Shown here: positions 30,301 through 40,023 of the stretch, piece by piece
How positions within the stretch are numbered: position 1 is the stretch's first letter
How the letters are laid out: every line of letters starts with the position of its first letter
Source: a bacterium
Lineage (GTDB): Bacteria > J088 > JAWLBW01
Length of the DNA: 64,000 nucleotides
Direction of reading: 5' to 3'
Assembly (NCBI GenBank): GCA_041690355.1
Contig: JAWLHK010000005.1
Span: 1 to 64,000 of the forward strand
Made by a program: the position numbers and the translations under genes
The notes under the pieces: model-generated
Told to the model about the DNA's origin: nothing
The model's input: only the letters and a program-made list of their open reading frames with translations
The model's database searches: none

Positions 30301-31278
30301 CTATCGGGAAACGAGACGGGAAACGCCCAGAAAGGCCCGGTTAAGGAACATCGTGAACCGGTCGGCGCCCCGGCCGGCGAGGCGCAACCGGGCCTCCTGC
30401 CAGGCGGGAACGGTGGCAAGCCGTGACGGGAGGGCGCGCTGTACGGCCGCAAGCAACCGGGTCACCCGGTCGGCCGTGCGCCGATCGGAAGCGCTGTCGC
30501 CGGGAAGATCGAGCAGCGCGCGCGTTTCGGCCGGCAGCGGTGCGCACAGGAACGTCCACAGGGGGTTGCGGAACGGAAAAGGGATCCGCTCGCGCAGAAA
30601 CCGGCTGATTCGCAGCCCCGCATCGGTGCGCGCAAGCACCCCCGAGGTCTGCATGGCCGCCACGTAGGCCTCGACCTCGGCCCAATTCGCAGGGTGCAGG
30701 GCGGGGGGAATTCCGAAACAGAGGGCATACCGCACGGCCTCGCCGCAGAACCGGTCCTTCTCCGCATCGCGCAGGGGGCGGACGATCCGCTCATACAGGC
30801 GCACACGGGTATAGAACGCCGTCACGTGCACCCAGAGCAAGGCGTGGGCTTCATTGGCCGCGTAACGGCTCCCCTGCGGGTGGGCCGGGGTATCGAGTCC
30901 GACCTCGCCCTGAACCCGGCTGTGCAGGCGGTAGAGCGACAGGCTCTTCGCCGCCGCCATGTCGAAATCGCCGTAAATGATCGACCAGAGGTAGATATAG
31001 GTAAGCTGCGCCCGTTTGCGCGGGGCGGTCATGATCTTCGAGTGCTCGAAGATGGCCTGCGCGATCCACGGATGGGCGAGCTGCATCTGCACGGCCCGCA
31101 CGGCGCCGGGAAAATAGACCAGGGTGTGCCGGTTGATTTCCCAGTACAGGGAATCGGGTCCGAAGAGCCCCTGGGACCGGTCGATCGGCTCTCCCGAAAG
31201 GCGCTCGAGCGCCCCCTTGAGATCGGCTTCGGTGACCCACTGCGGGGGAGCAACGGTCGGAGCCTGGGGTTCGATCAT
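30301..31278 (-). CDS. Oxygenase MpaB/DUF2236 (Lcp-like) family protein
   Basis: GLFGPDS..WEIN, AVQMQLAHP, LHSRVQG, YAANE..ALLWVH. Confidence 0.85.
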   Translation of the reverse strand: MIEPQAPTVAPPQWVTEADLKGALERLSGEPIDRSQGLFGPDSLYWEINRHTLVYFPGAVRAVQMQLAHPWIAQAIFEHSKIMTAPRKRAQLTYIYLWSIIYGDFDMAAAKSLSLYRLHSRVQGEVGLDTPAHPQGSRYAANEAHALLWVHVTAFYTRVRLYERIVRPLRDAEKDRFCGEAVRYALCFGIPPALHPANWAEVEAYVAAMQTSGVLARTDAGLRISRFLRERIPFPFRNPLWTFLCAPLPAETRALLDLPGDSASDRRTADRVTRLLAAVQRALPSRLATVPAWQEARLRLAGRGADRFTMFLNRAFLGVSRLVSR

Positions 31279-31419
31279 GGCTGCTCGGGGATGCGGGAGG
31301 GAAACATCGCGAAACGGAACAGGGGACTGAACGACATTCTACCGTACGGTAGGCTGACAGCAAAGCCCGGGAACCTTCTTCGGCCGGTGTTGCATGGCCC
31401 TGTGCTACCATCAAAGCCC

Positions 31420-31941
31420 ATGACCCGTTCCTCTTCCCCGAACCCCGCGCCACCCTCCACGGCGCTGGAACGCCGCCAGGCCCTCAAGGACGAACTGGCC
31501 GCGCGCCTGGCCGCCGATCTGGCTCTGCTCGAAAAGGTCCAGCTCGAAACCCAGGCCGGCGCGACCGATGAAGAGGCCAAACCTGAAAACGACAAGGATA
31601 CCCGGGCCCTCGAGCAGACGTACCTCGCGCGTGGCCAGGCGCAGCGGGTCGAAGAGTTGCGCGGGGCGGTCGCGGACGTCCGTAATCTCGCCCTGCGCGA
31701 ATTGACGGCCGATGCGCCCGTCTGTCTGGGGGCGCTGGTGACGATTGAAGAGGACGGGCGCAGGCAGAAGCTGTTTCTCGCGCAGCACGGCGGCGGAACC
31801 CTGCTCGAGGGCGGCACGGTGCAGGTGGTCACCCCGCGTTCGCCGCTCGGCGAGGCGCTGATCGGCGCCCGGGCGGGCGAGGACCTGGATATCGAGGTGG
31901 GCGGACGCACCCGCGAGATCACGGTCGTCGCGGTCGAGTAG
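31420..31941 (+). CDS. GreA/GreB-family protein
   Basis: KPENDKDTRALEQTYLARGQA.R, LGALV, VTPRSPLGEALIG. Confidence 0.8.
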   Translation: MTRSSSPNPAPPSTALERRQALKDELAARLAADLALLEKVQLETQAGATDEEAKPENDKDTRALEQTYLARGQAQRVEELRGAVADVRNLALRELTADAPVCLGALVTIEEDGRRQKLFLAQHGGGTLLEGGTVQVVTPRSPLGEALIGARAGEDLDIEVGGRTREITVVAVE

Positions 31942-32081
31942 GCGCCCCTTGCTCTGCCTCTCGCAATTCGCACATCCACTCGCGAGTGCGTCGCGTCTTT
32001 CGGAACCGCTTCGCGAAGCCAAGCATGCGTAGCGGATTCGGACGCCTGCCACGGAACGGGGACCGACAAGCCATTGCGCCC

Positions 32082-32486
32082 TCACCTTCTCCGAACGGCG
32101 CACGCACCGCTTTCGCACTCATCCTGCGGGCGGTTCTCTGCAATGAACCGGTAGACGCGCCGGGAGACGGGGCCGACGCCGGGAACGGAAAACAGGGGCC
32201 CCGTCCAGCGCCAACGCGGCAGCTCGGCCAGAGCGCGGAACACAGCGTCGGCCCCCTGAAATACCTGCCCCCCGCGATCGATGACATGCAGCTCTTCCCG
32301 AACGCGCTGGGGATCGAGCCCGAGCCGCTCGACGGCATCCCCCTCCTGCAGCGGCTGCATGTGCAGGCGCTGTGAACCTTGCCGGCGCCGCAGAAATTCC
32401 ACGCTCCCCCGGCAGATGCTGCAGTGACCGTCGTAGAGGAGCAGCAGCGCTGCATCCGAGGGAATCAGGCCGTCCAGGGTGTCCAT
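32082..32486 (-). CDS. DCC1-like thiol-disulfide oxidoreductase (DUF393)
   Basis: LLYDGHCSIC, GADA, YRFIAENR. Confidence 0.85.
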   Translation of the reverse strand: MDTLDGLIPSDAALLLLYDGHCSICRGSVEFLRRRQGSQRLHMQPLQEGDAVERLGLDPQRVREELHVIDRGGQVFQGADAVFRALAELPRWRWTGPLFSVPGVGPVSRRVYRFIAENRPQDECESGACAVRRR

Positions 32487-32487
32487 G

Positions 32488-32591
32488 AGAGTGACGAGTG
32501 AATCAAATTTACAATTGACGATTGACGATTTTCCGGAAACCGTTCGTCTCGAGCTGACCGGGCGCAGCAGGGCGAGCCGGACAGCGAGAGG
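32488..32591 (+). repeat. Heptamer arrays plus 59-bp block identical (inverted) to 21405-21463
   Basis: ccggaaaccgttcgtctcgagctgaccgggcgcagcagggcgagccggacagcgagagg at 32533-32591. Confidence 0.85.
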
Positions 32592-32700
32592 CTGCACAGG
32601 TTCGCTTCCCCCTGCCGTAATTGATGCCTCGCACCCGGCCTTCGCCGGTTTCACCAGCCATTATCCCATTCCGCGCACCCCTGTAGTGCCGATTCGCGCC

Positions 32701-33267
32701 TTACGGCGCATCCGGCGGAAGGGTGGCGCCGCAGGCTTCGTCGTCGGCGAGAACCTGGCCGCGGATCTTGAAGGCCCCCTTCTCTTCGAGCACGATGCGC
32801 CAGCGGCGCGTGGCCGCGCCGCCGCTCTCGACGTCGCCGTAGGCGAACACGCCGACGCCGGTCACCCCGGCCGCATACTCCGTTCCCCGGTCGTCGGCCA
32901 GAAAATAGCGCCCGTCGGCCGGTTCGAACGCGGTCACGGCGACATGCACCCCGCAGAGCGTTTCGGCGTGGAAGTTGCCGAGCTCGACGTCGAACCCGAA
33001 GACGCCGGCCTCGTCGACCTGACCCCACGTCAGCGTGTCGTTCGGCGTGTAGAGCTGCACGGTGCCCGGCGGATTCGTGGCCGGATTGCCGTCGCTCGCC
33101 ACGAGCACGGGCGTGGCCGCTTTCGGCATGAGGTTCGACGGATCAACCTGAATTTCGAATTCGAAGCCGCGCACGACCCGCGCCGCGGCGGGCTTTTTCC
33201 CGTCTCCGCACGCGCCGAGGCCGGCGACGAACAGGAGCGCCGCCGCGGCAAGAATGGCCTGCTGCAT
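32701..33267 (-). CDS. Hypothetical lipoprotein (beta-rich)
   Basis: MQQAIL start, lipobox LGAC. Confidence 0.65.
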   Translation of the reverse strand: MQQAILAAAALLFVAGLGACGDGKKPAAARVVRGFEFEIQVDPSNLMPKAATPVLVASDGNPATNPPGTVQLYTPNDTLTWGQVDEAGVFGFDVELGNFHAETLCGVHVAVTAFEPADGRYFLADDRGTEYAAGVTGVGVFAYGDVESGGAATRRWRIVLEEKGAFKIRGQVLADDEACGATLPPDAP

Positions 33268-33489
33268 ACTTTCCCCCCCTCTGTGCAACGGCGGAAGGAA
33301 GGGTGCCCGGCCGCGTGGCAGGGTCCCTTCCTCCCGCGAAGACTGATGTTCCCCTTCCTTTTCACCATAGCAGGCACCTCCGGGTCTGCCGGCGCTTCGC
33401 CGGCAGGCCCGGCGTGGGCGCTTGCGATCGGGCGGAGAATCGGTTATTCCCGGTGGAAATCGGGGGGCCAAACAGGGGACACTGTCTGC

Positions 33490-33837
33490 ATGCCTTCCGA
33501 CGTCGTCGTTTATCACTCGGGCCTGCTCTACGAGGCCGACATGGTGGCCGAAGCACTCGAGGCCGCCTCCATTCCGTACCTCCGGCGCATGGTCACCGAC
33601 GGGGGGGTCGAGCTGCCCATGCCCGACGACGCCGCGCCGATTGACGGGGTCTTCTGGCTCATTCGCGTGCCCCGCGCGCTGCGGGCGGATGCCGAGCGCA
33701 CCCTGCGCGACCTGCCGATGATCGCGGGCGACCGGCCTGGATTCTGGGACCCCGACGCCCAGCCGCGCCTGCGCATGGTTTTCCGCCTCGTCGCAGCGGT
33801 CCTGATTCTCGCCTTCGCGGCGACCAGCCTGCTCTAA
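33490..33837 (+). CDS. Small DUF2007-like membrane-anchored protein
   Basis: EADMV..ALEAASIP, IRVP..A...L, C-terminal TM helix. Confidence 0.6.
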   Translation: MPSDVVVYHSGLLYEADMVAEALEAASIPYLRRMVTDGGVELPMPDDAAPIDGVFWLIRVPRALRADAERTLRDLPMIAGDRPGFWDPDAQPRLRMVFRLVAAVLILAFAATSLL

Positions 33838-33913
33838 ACAGGGCTGCGCCTTCCTTGTCCCCCCCGGGGGCCCCCTGCGACAATGATGGAACCCTTCTTC
33901 CCGGAGTTCCACC

Positions 33914-34429
33914 ATGAAAAAACTGCCTGCTCTGTTCGCCTTCGTTCTGCTGGCCGCCTGCGGCAGCGGCAACGGCACGGTGCACGTCAAGCTGACCGAC
34001 GCGCCGGGTGATTTCGAGGCCGTCAACGTGACCATCACCAGGGTCGAGGCGCATCTCGCGCAGCCCGAGGGAGACGCCAAGTCGGGCTGGGAGGTTCTGG
34101 CAGAGAATCCGGGCACGTTCGACCTGCTCGAACTGCAGAACGACGTCACGGCCGTGCTGGGCGACGCTTCGCTGCCCGCGGGCAAGTATACCCAGATCCG
34201 TTTCGTGCTGACGGCCGCCGAGGTCGTCGTCGACGGCGCGACGCACCCGCTGACGGTGCCCAGCGGCGAAACGTCTGGGCTCAAGCTGCAGGCCAACTTC
34301 ACGGTCGAAGCCGACACCGAATACGAAATGATTCTCGACTTCGACGCCGGCGAGAGCATCAAGCAGTCGGGCAACGGCTACAAGCTGGCGCCCGTCATCA
34401 AGCTCAAGTCGTTCAACGCGGAAGAATAA
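33914..34429 (+). CDS. DUF4382 domain lipoprotein
   Basis: LAAC lipobox, LTDAP, FDLLELQN, PAGKYTQIR, VPSG...GLK, LDFDA, LAPVI. Confidence 0.9.
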   Translation: MKKLPALFAFVLLAACGSGNGTVHVKLTDAPGDFEAVNVTITRVEAHLAQPEGDAKSGWEVLAENPGTFDLLELQNDVTAVLGDASLPAGKYTQIRFVLTAAEVVVDGATHPLTVPSGETSGLKLQANFTVEADTEYEMILDFDAGESIKQSGNGYKLAPVIKLKSFNAEE

Positions 34430-34449
34430 CCGCCTGGCTTCTCGAAAAC

Positions 34450-34479
34450 AAAACGCCGACCTCGGGGTCGGCGTTTTTT
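34450..34479. terminator. Bidirectional Rho-independent terminator
   Basis: AAAACGCCGACC-TCGG-GGTCGGCGTTTTTT between convergent genes. Confidence 0.85.
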
Positions 34480-34575
34480 ATTGCGCCTGCGGGGGCAGCG
34501 CCAGGCGCCTGGCATCAGGCGCCAACCGAGGAGAAAACGCTCGACGCGCCCGTCTCTCCCGGCCTTTGCGAAACC

Positions 34576-35253
34576 CTAACGGCGCGCGGCGAGCAGGCTG
34601 CGGAAGATCATCCACTGCCCCGCGAAGTAGGTCCCGAGAATCACGATGCGCCCGTAGGGGATCGGCGAGACCCAGCGGTTGATCGCGATGCAGGCGTCGG
34701 AGAGAACGAAGAGCGACGCCCCCACCACCATCCACAGGCGTCCGGTGTCGCCCGGCGCGGCGACCCAGCGCCCCGCGGCGCGCAGGTACATGACGCTGAT
34801 GACCGTCATGTAGGCAATCACCGGCACGTAGAGATCGGCGGGAATCTTGTCGGCGAGCAGCGCGTACATGCCGCCCCAGACGGCGGCGGCGGGCACGAGG
34901 CCGGTCCACTCGCGTCGCCTCCCGACGCCGCCCAAGGCGGCGACGTAGGCGATATGGGCCACGAAAAAGGCGCCGATGCCGGCCAGAAATTCGATGACGA
35001 TGACGACGTCGCCGATCATCGAGAAGAAGAAGCCGACGGCGATGCCCGTACGCAGCAGGCCCGGCGCAGCGCCCCGCACCGCCATGAACGTGAGCATGGC
35101 GAGCGGGAGCCCCTTCACGGCATAGTTGAAGACCGTCGTGAAGCCCATCGTCGTTTCGAGAAAAATGGCGGCGACGGCGGCGACGGCGTAGGCGACATCG
35201 AAGGCCGGATTCACCCGGCGGGAGATCGAAGGCAGTTGGGTAACGGTGCTCAT
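34576..35253 (-). CDS. Lysoplasmalogenase (YhhN family)
   Basis: S.IGDV, F.AG..AFFVAHI.Y, GA.LF.LSD..IA..RW, TYFAGQ. Confidence 0.88.
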   Translation of the reverse strand: MSTVTQLPSISRRVNPAFDVAYAVAAVAAIFLETTMGFTTVFNYAVKGLPLAMLTFMAVRGAAPGLLRTGIAVGFFFSMIGDVVIVIEFLAGIGAFFVAHIAYVAALGGVGRRREWTGLVPAAAVWGGMYALLADKIPADLYVPVIAYMTVISVMYLRAAGRWVAAPGDTGRLWMVVGASLFVLSDACIAINRWVSPIPYGRIVILGTYFAGQWMIFRSLLAARR

Positions 35254-35344
35254 GCCTTTCAGTTTCGCCGTTCGGCTTCTCAGACGCCAGTTCTTCTTCC
35301 CGGGGGTTCTCCGGGGCCGGCCCTGATACCATATTCGGAGCATC

Positions 35345-35908
35345 ATGCTCGCCTACGTTTTCTGGCATACGCCGCGCCCCGGCACACCGCGCGCCGCTTA
35401 CGAAGATGCCTTGCAGGCATTTCACGCTTCGCTGCGCGCGTCGCCCCCCGCCGGCTTTCACGGATCGTTCATTCTGCGGACGCCGGCCGTCGCCTGGTTT
35501 CCCGCTGCGAGCGGCGGAGACGTGTACGAAGACTGGTACCTGCTCGCCGACAGCGCCGCGCTCGATCGGCTCGACGAGGCGGCCGTGCACGCGGTGCGGC
35601 GCGCGGTTCACGATGCCCCCGCCCGGCTCGCCGCCGCGGGGACGGCCGGGCTCTACCAGCTGCGCCACGGGGATGCACTCGGGCAAACGCCGACTCGGGC
35701 GCACTGGTTCTCGAAGCCGGCCGGACAGGGCTACGATGCGTTCTTCGCAGAGCTCCTGCCGGCCATCCCCCCGGGCGGACGGCTCTGGCAGCGGCGCATG
35801 ACCTTCGGCCCGGCCACCGAGTTCTGCCTGCACGTTTCCGACGGCGCCCCCGTTCTCCCGCAGGTCGGCCCCGGCTACGCCATGGCCGGGGTGGGGGTCG
35901 CGGGGTGA
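35345..35908 (+). CDS. Hypothetical protein
   Basis: GGAG SD; YVFWH, YEDWYL, LWQRRMTFGP; stop overlaps the mtgA start (GTGA). Confidence 0.7.
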   Translation: MLAYVFWHTPRPGTPRAAYEDALQAFHASLRASPPAGFHGSFILRTPAVAWFPAASGGDVYEDWYLLADSAALDRLDEAAVHAVRRAVHDAPARLAAAGTAGLYQLRHGDALGQTPTRAHWFSKPAGQGYDAFFAELLPAIPPGGRLWQRRMTFGPATEFCLHVSDGAPVLPQVGPGYAMAGVGVAG

Positions 35909-36612
35909 CTGCCGATCGCCCATCGCGCACCGGCCGTCTGCGCGCGTGGCTGCGCACGACCGCCGTCGCGCTTTTTCTGTTCGGCCTGCTCACTGCCGTG
36001 GTTCCCGTCTGGCTGCTGCGCTGGATCAATCCCCCGATTACGGCCTTCATGGCGGCGCGCCAGATCGAGATCTGGCTTGACGACAAGGAGTCGGGCTGGA
36101 TTGAAAAAGAATGGGTCTACCTGGACGAGATGGCGCGCCCGGCACAGCTCGCCGTCATGGCGTCGGAGGATCAGCTCTTTCTGGAGCACTTCGGCTTCGA
36201 CGTGGGGGCCCTGCTCGACGCCGTCGGCGACCGGGTGAAGGGAAAACGGCTGCGGGGCGCAAGCACCATCTCGCAGCAGGTCGCCAAGAATCTGTTTCTG
36301 TGGAACGGCAGAAGCTTCATGCGCAAAGGGCTCGAAGCCTGGTTCACGATCTGGATCGAGCTCTTCTGGTCCAAAGAGCGGATACTCGAGGTCTACCTGA
36401 ACAGCGCGCAGTTCGGACCGCGCACCTTCGGCATCGAGGCGGCCGCGCAACGCTACTTCCGGAAATCCGCACGTCAGCTGACACGGCGCGAAGCCGCGCT
36501 GCTCGCCGCCAGCCTGCCGAACCCGGCCCGCTTCAGGGTCGACCGGCCTTCGCCCTACATGCAGCGGCGTGCGCGCTGGATCGAGCGACAGATGCAGCGT
36601 CTGGAACGTTGA
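35905..36612 (+). CDS. mtgA: Monofunctional biosynthetic peptidoglycan transglycosylase
   Basis: SEDQ.F.EHFGFD, RGASTISQQVAKNLFLW, RKGLE, KERILEVYLN, LPNP. Confidence 0.93.
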   Translation: MTADRPSRTGRLRAWLRTTAVALFLFGLLTAVVPVWLLRWINPPITAFMAARQIEIWLDDKESGWIEKEWVYLDEMARPAQLAVMASEDQLFLEHFGFDVGALLDAVGDRVKGKRLRGASTISQQVAKNLFLWNGRSFMRKGLEAWFTIWIELFWSKERILEVYLNSAQFGPRTFGIEAAAQRYFRKSARQLTRREAALLAASLPNPARFRVDRPSPYMQRRARWIERQMQRLER

Positions 36613-36614
36613 CG

Positions 36615-36643
36615 AAAAAAAGCGGAGCCGAAGCTCCGCCTTT
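36615..36643. terminator. Hairpin terminator
   Basis: AAAAAAAGCGGAGC-CGAA-GCTCCGCCTTT. Confidence 0.65.
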
Positions 36644-36970
36644 CCCTCCCTGCCACTCAAGGCCCATCCATTTCGCGTGCCTTCATGAAACCACGCCGAA
36701 GGGCTCCTGTCTGTGAGGCCGATCACAACCGCCGTTTCTTTCGACCGATGTGCCGGACGGCCTCCCGATAAGCGCAACGTGCATCTCCCAGCGAATTACG
36801 GTGAAAATCCGCTCGCCGAGCGCCACGCGAGAGTTCCGGACGCATTCCGCCGCGGGGCGCCGCGCCGGCAAGCGCGCCCTTCGCCCGGTTCGCCAACCCC
36901 CGTCCCGACGGGGTATTCTGAAAGGACAGCCGCGGACCCCGTGGTCCGCCGTTTTCGGACGAGGATTCTC

Positions 36971-38449
36971 ATGACGACCCAGCATTTCGACGTGGTCATC
37001 GTCGGCGCCGGCATCTCGGGCATCGGCGCGGGCTACTACCTGAACACGATGGCGCCGAAGAAGACCTATACGATCCTCGAGCGGCGCAGCCGCATCGGCG
37101 GCACCTGGGACCTCTTTCGCTACCCCGGCATCCGTTCGGATTCGGACATGTATACGTTCGGATTCGCCTTCAAGCCCTGGACGAATCCGAAGACGCTGTC
37201 CGACGGCGAAGCCATCCGGGAATACCTGGTCGAGACGGCGCGCGAATTCGACATCGAGCGGCACATCCGCTTCGGCATCCGCGTCGAGCGTGCCGCCTGG
37301 TCCTCCCAGACCGCCACGTGGACCGTGGACGCGCGCAGCGAAGCGAACGGCGAGCCCCTGCGCTTCACCTGCAACTTTCTCATCGGGGGCACCGGCTACT
37401 ACGACTACGATCAGGGATTCACGCCGGAGTTTCCCGGCCGCGACTCCTTCGGCGGGCAGATCATCCACCCGCAGCACTGGCCCGAAGATCTCGACTACGC
37501 CGGCAAGCGCATCGTGGTCATCGGCAGCGGTGCGACGGCCATCACGCTGATCCCCAACCTGGCGCAGAAGGCGGCGCACGTCACCATGCTCCAGCGCTCG
37601 CCGACCTATGTCATGAGCCTCCCCGAGCGGGATCGCATCCTCAATGCGCTGCAGGGCGTATTGCCGAAGAAGGTCCACTACGCGTTCGCCCGCGCGCGCA
37701 ACGTAAGCCTTCAGCTGTTCATGTATCGTCTCAGCCGGTCGCGACCCCATCTGGTGAAGAACTTCCTGCGCGGCCAGCTCCGCAGGCAGCTGGGCGCCGA
37801 TTTCGACCTCAAGCATTTCTCACCGCACTACAACCCATGGGACGAGCGGCTCTGCGTGGTTCCCGACGGCGACCTGTTCAAGGCCATCCGCGCCGGAAAG
37901 GCGTCTGTGGTCACCGATGAAATCGAGACCTTCACCGAGAAGGGTCTCCGCCTGAAGTCGGGCGTAGAGCTTGACGCCGACATCATCGTGACGGCCACCG
38001 GACTCAACGTGAAGATCCTGGGCGGCATCGAGGTCGAAGTCGACGGCGAGCCGTTCACGATGGCCGACCGCTACGCCTACAAAGCGCTCCTCTTCCAGGA
38101 TCTGCCCAACTTCGCCATGATGTTCGGCTACCCGAACATGTCGTGGACGATGAAGGTCGACATCTCGGGCCATTACATCGCGCGCCTGCTCAACCACATG
38201 GATGCGCGGGGATACAGGCAGGTGATTCCGCGGAACGTGGACACCGGCATGAAACCGCTGCCGTTCATGGATCTGCAGTCGGGCTACATCAAGCGCGCCG
38301 CCGCGCTGTTGCCGAACCAGGGTGATCGCTTCCCCTGGCGCCTCTACAACAACTACTGGCTCGACCTCCTCACGCTGCGCTTCACGAAGCTCGACGACGG
38401 CATTCTGGAGTTCAGGCAAGCCCCGAGCGCCAAGGGCCAGGCGATCTGA
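36971..38449 (+). CDS. Flavin-containing Baeyer-Villiger monooxygenase (EthA/AlmA-like)
   Basis: GAGISG, GGTWDLFRYPGIRSDSD, FGGQIIHPQHWP, GSGATA, YNPWDERLC. Confidence 0.93.
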   Translation: MTTQHFDVVIVGAGISGIGAGYYLNTMAPKKTYTILERRSRIGGTWDLFRYPGIRSDSDMYTFGFAFKPWTNPKTLSDGEAIREYLVETAREFDIERHIRFGIRVERAAWSSQTATWTVDARSEANGEPLRFTCNFLIGGTGYYDYDQGFTPEFPGRDSFGGQIIHPQHWPEDLDYAGKRIVVIGSGATAITLIPNLAQKAAHVTMLQRSPTYVMSLPERDRILNALQGVLPKKVHYAFARARNVSLQLFMYRLSRSRPHLVKNFLRGQLRRQLGADFDLKHFSPHYNPWDERLCVVPDGDLFKAIRAGKASVVTDEIETFTEKGLRLKSGVELDADIIVTATGLNVKILGGIEVEVDGEPFTMADRYAYKALLFQDLPNFAMMFGYPNMSWTMKVDISGHYIARLLNHMDARGYRQVIPRNVDTGMKPLPFMDLQSGYIKRAAALLPNQGDRFPWRLYNNYWLDLLTLRFTKLDDGILEFRQAPSAKGQAI

Positions 38450-38470
38450 CGGTTCGCAACCGGCCGGAAT

Positions 38471-39070
38471 TCACAGCGGAAACCGGGCGGTCGCCTCGAC
38501 GGTGCGCCCCGGTTCCCCTTTTCCTTCGGCGAACAGACGATTCGCGAGGGGGATGCGCAACGGTACGCGGAAGCGGACCCGCACTTCGCTGACTCCCGGA
38601 CGGTCCGCCTGAATCGCCTCGCGGATGGCCTCCGGATCCGCAGGTTCCTGCAGGTCCTCTCCGTCGAGAAAGAACAGCCGGGCACGTACGGCGAGCGGAT
38701 TCCCGATCCCGGTGATCAGCGACAGCTCATCGGTGAGCCCCCCGCTTTCTGCCAACTGGGCCCACAGCAGGCCCCGGCCCGCAAAGCGAACGTTCGCGGG
38801 CAGCCCGATTTCCGCAGAAAGTTTCTCTTCGCCGGGGAGCGGCGGAAGCCAGGCGGCAACACTGAGGAATGCACTGCGGTTCGCGACCCCCTGCGCGTCG
38901 AGCGGGTGGACGGCCGCGGCGCGCGCGGCTTCCTGCGCGGCCTGGCGCGCCGCCAGCGTGCCGCCGATCAGCTCTGCCAGCTGCCAGGCGCCGAGCACGA
39001 GCACCAGTATCGGCGGCAGAATCAGGAGCGTCTCGACGAAGACGCTCCCCCGCTGATTCCTGCCCATCAT
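38471..39070 (-). CDS. TadE-like pseudopilin
   Basis: QRG/SVFVE prepilin cleavage site with E+5, hydrophobic helix, AA.EAAR. Confidence 0.8.
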   Translation of the reverse strand: MMGRNQRGSVFVETLLILPPILVLVLGAWQLAELIGGTLAARQAAQEAARAAAVHPLDAQGVANRSAFLSVAAWLPPLPGEEKLSAEIGLPANVRFAGRGLLWAQLAESGGLTDELSLITGIGNPLAVRARLFFLDGEDLQEPADPEAIREAIQADRPGVSEVRVRFRVPLRIPLANRLFAEGKGEPGRTVEATARFPL

Positions 39071-40023
39071 GGAGCTCCCCCTTCGGCGGCCATCTCGACG
39101 AGCACGAAGCGCGCGCCCCCCTCCTCCACATCCTCGATCGAGAGCAGCAGCAGGTCGCGGTTGCGGCGCAGCAGGCGCGCGGCCGAGGTGGAATCCATAT
39201 GCGGATCGGGAACCCACCCGGCGCCGCCGAGCAGGGTGTCGAGGCGTTCGGCGAGCGCCCGAGCATCCAGGGCATGCGTGGCCACCACGAGGCCGCCGCG
39301 CCGCCCCCCCGGACGCGCACTTGCGGTGCGCACCGCGATGACGAGCGTGCAGCGGCTTTCGGGCGGGAGCGGATGGGCCACGGTTGCGCACCGCTCTTCC
39401 GCTCTCACCGGATCGCCGTCCATGAGCTCGAGCGCGCCGAGGTCTGCCGTGTGCATCCACGTCCACACCGTTCCCCTCCCGCCGGGGCCCGGGCGCAGCG
39501 AAAGCCAACGCCAGCCGAGCGCCGGCATGGCCTGCCCGATGGTCCGCATGTGCTCGCGCGCTTTCTCTTCGGGACACAACGGCGGCGCGGGGACCGGATG
39601 TTCAAGCGCGCGATGCAGCGAGCAGGCGGTGTCCCATGCCAGCAGAACGCCCGACACGCGCAGCTGCGCGCGCGCCCGTTCTGCAAGCACGTCGGCGCCC
39701 GCGTCAGCCGCGGCCTGCAGCGCCGCGGGATCCACGTCGCCGACCGTCAGGTGGAAGAGGACGGCGGCGTCTCCCTCCCGGTCTCGCCAGCGTGCCTGCA
39801 GGGTCGTTGGGAACGCTATGTTCCGGGCGGGCGGAAACAGGTGGGCGACGCCCTCGACGACCCGATCGATTTCTGCCGGCGCCGTGCCGCGCGCGAGCAC
39901 GACCCGGGCGCCGTTCACCTCGATCGCCGTCGTTCCCTCGATGGCGAACGGGAGGGCCGCCAGGGGGAACTCCTGCGGGGCGGCCGCGAGCAGCCAGGCC
40001 GCCATCAGTGCAGCAGCAGCCAT
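39067..40023 (-). CDS. Secreted hypothetical protein within the Tad trio
   Basis: Signal-like N-terminus; overlaps both neighbours. Confidence 0.6.
   Translation of the reverse strand: MAAAALMAAWLLAAAPQEFPLAALPFAIEGTTAIEVNGARVVLARGTAPAEIDRVVEGVAHLFPPARNIAFPTTLQARWRDREGDAAVLFHLTVGDVDPAALQAAADAGADVLAERARAQLRVSGVLLAWDTACSLHRALEHPVPAPPLCPEEKAREHMRTIGQAMPALGWRWLSLRPGPGGRGTVWTWMHTADLGALELMDGDPVRAEERCATVAHPLPPESRCTLVIAVRTASARPGGRRGGLVVATHALDARALAERLDTLLGGAGWVPDPHMDSTSAARLLRRNRDLLLLSIEDVEEGGARFVLVEMAAEGGAP

Noticed and set aside
32701-34374. 557-aa ORF as a single gene
   Set aside because: The upstream part is antisense to DUF4382 and the small + gene; the real gene starts at 33267 with a lipoprotein signal
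34954-35904. Long N-terminal extension of mtgA
   Set aside because: Overlaps yhhN and the 35345 gene; GTGA coupling supports a start at 35905
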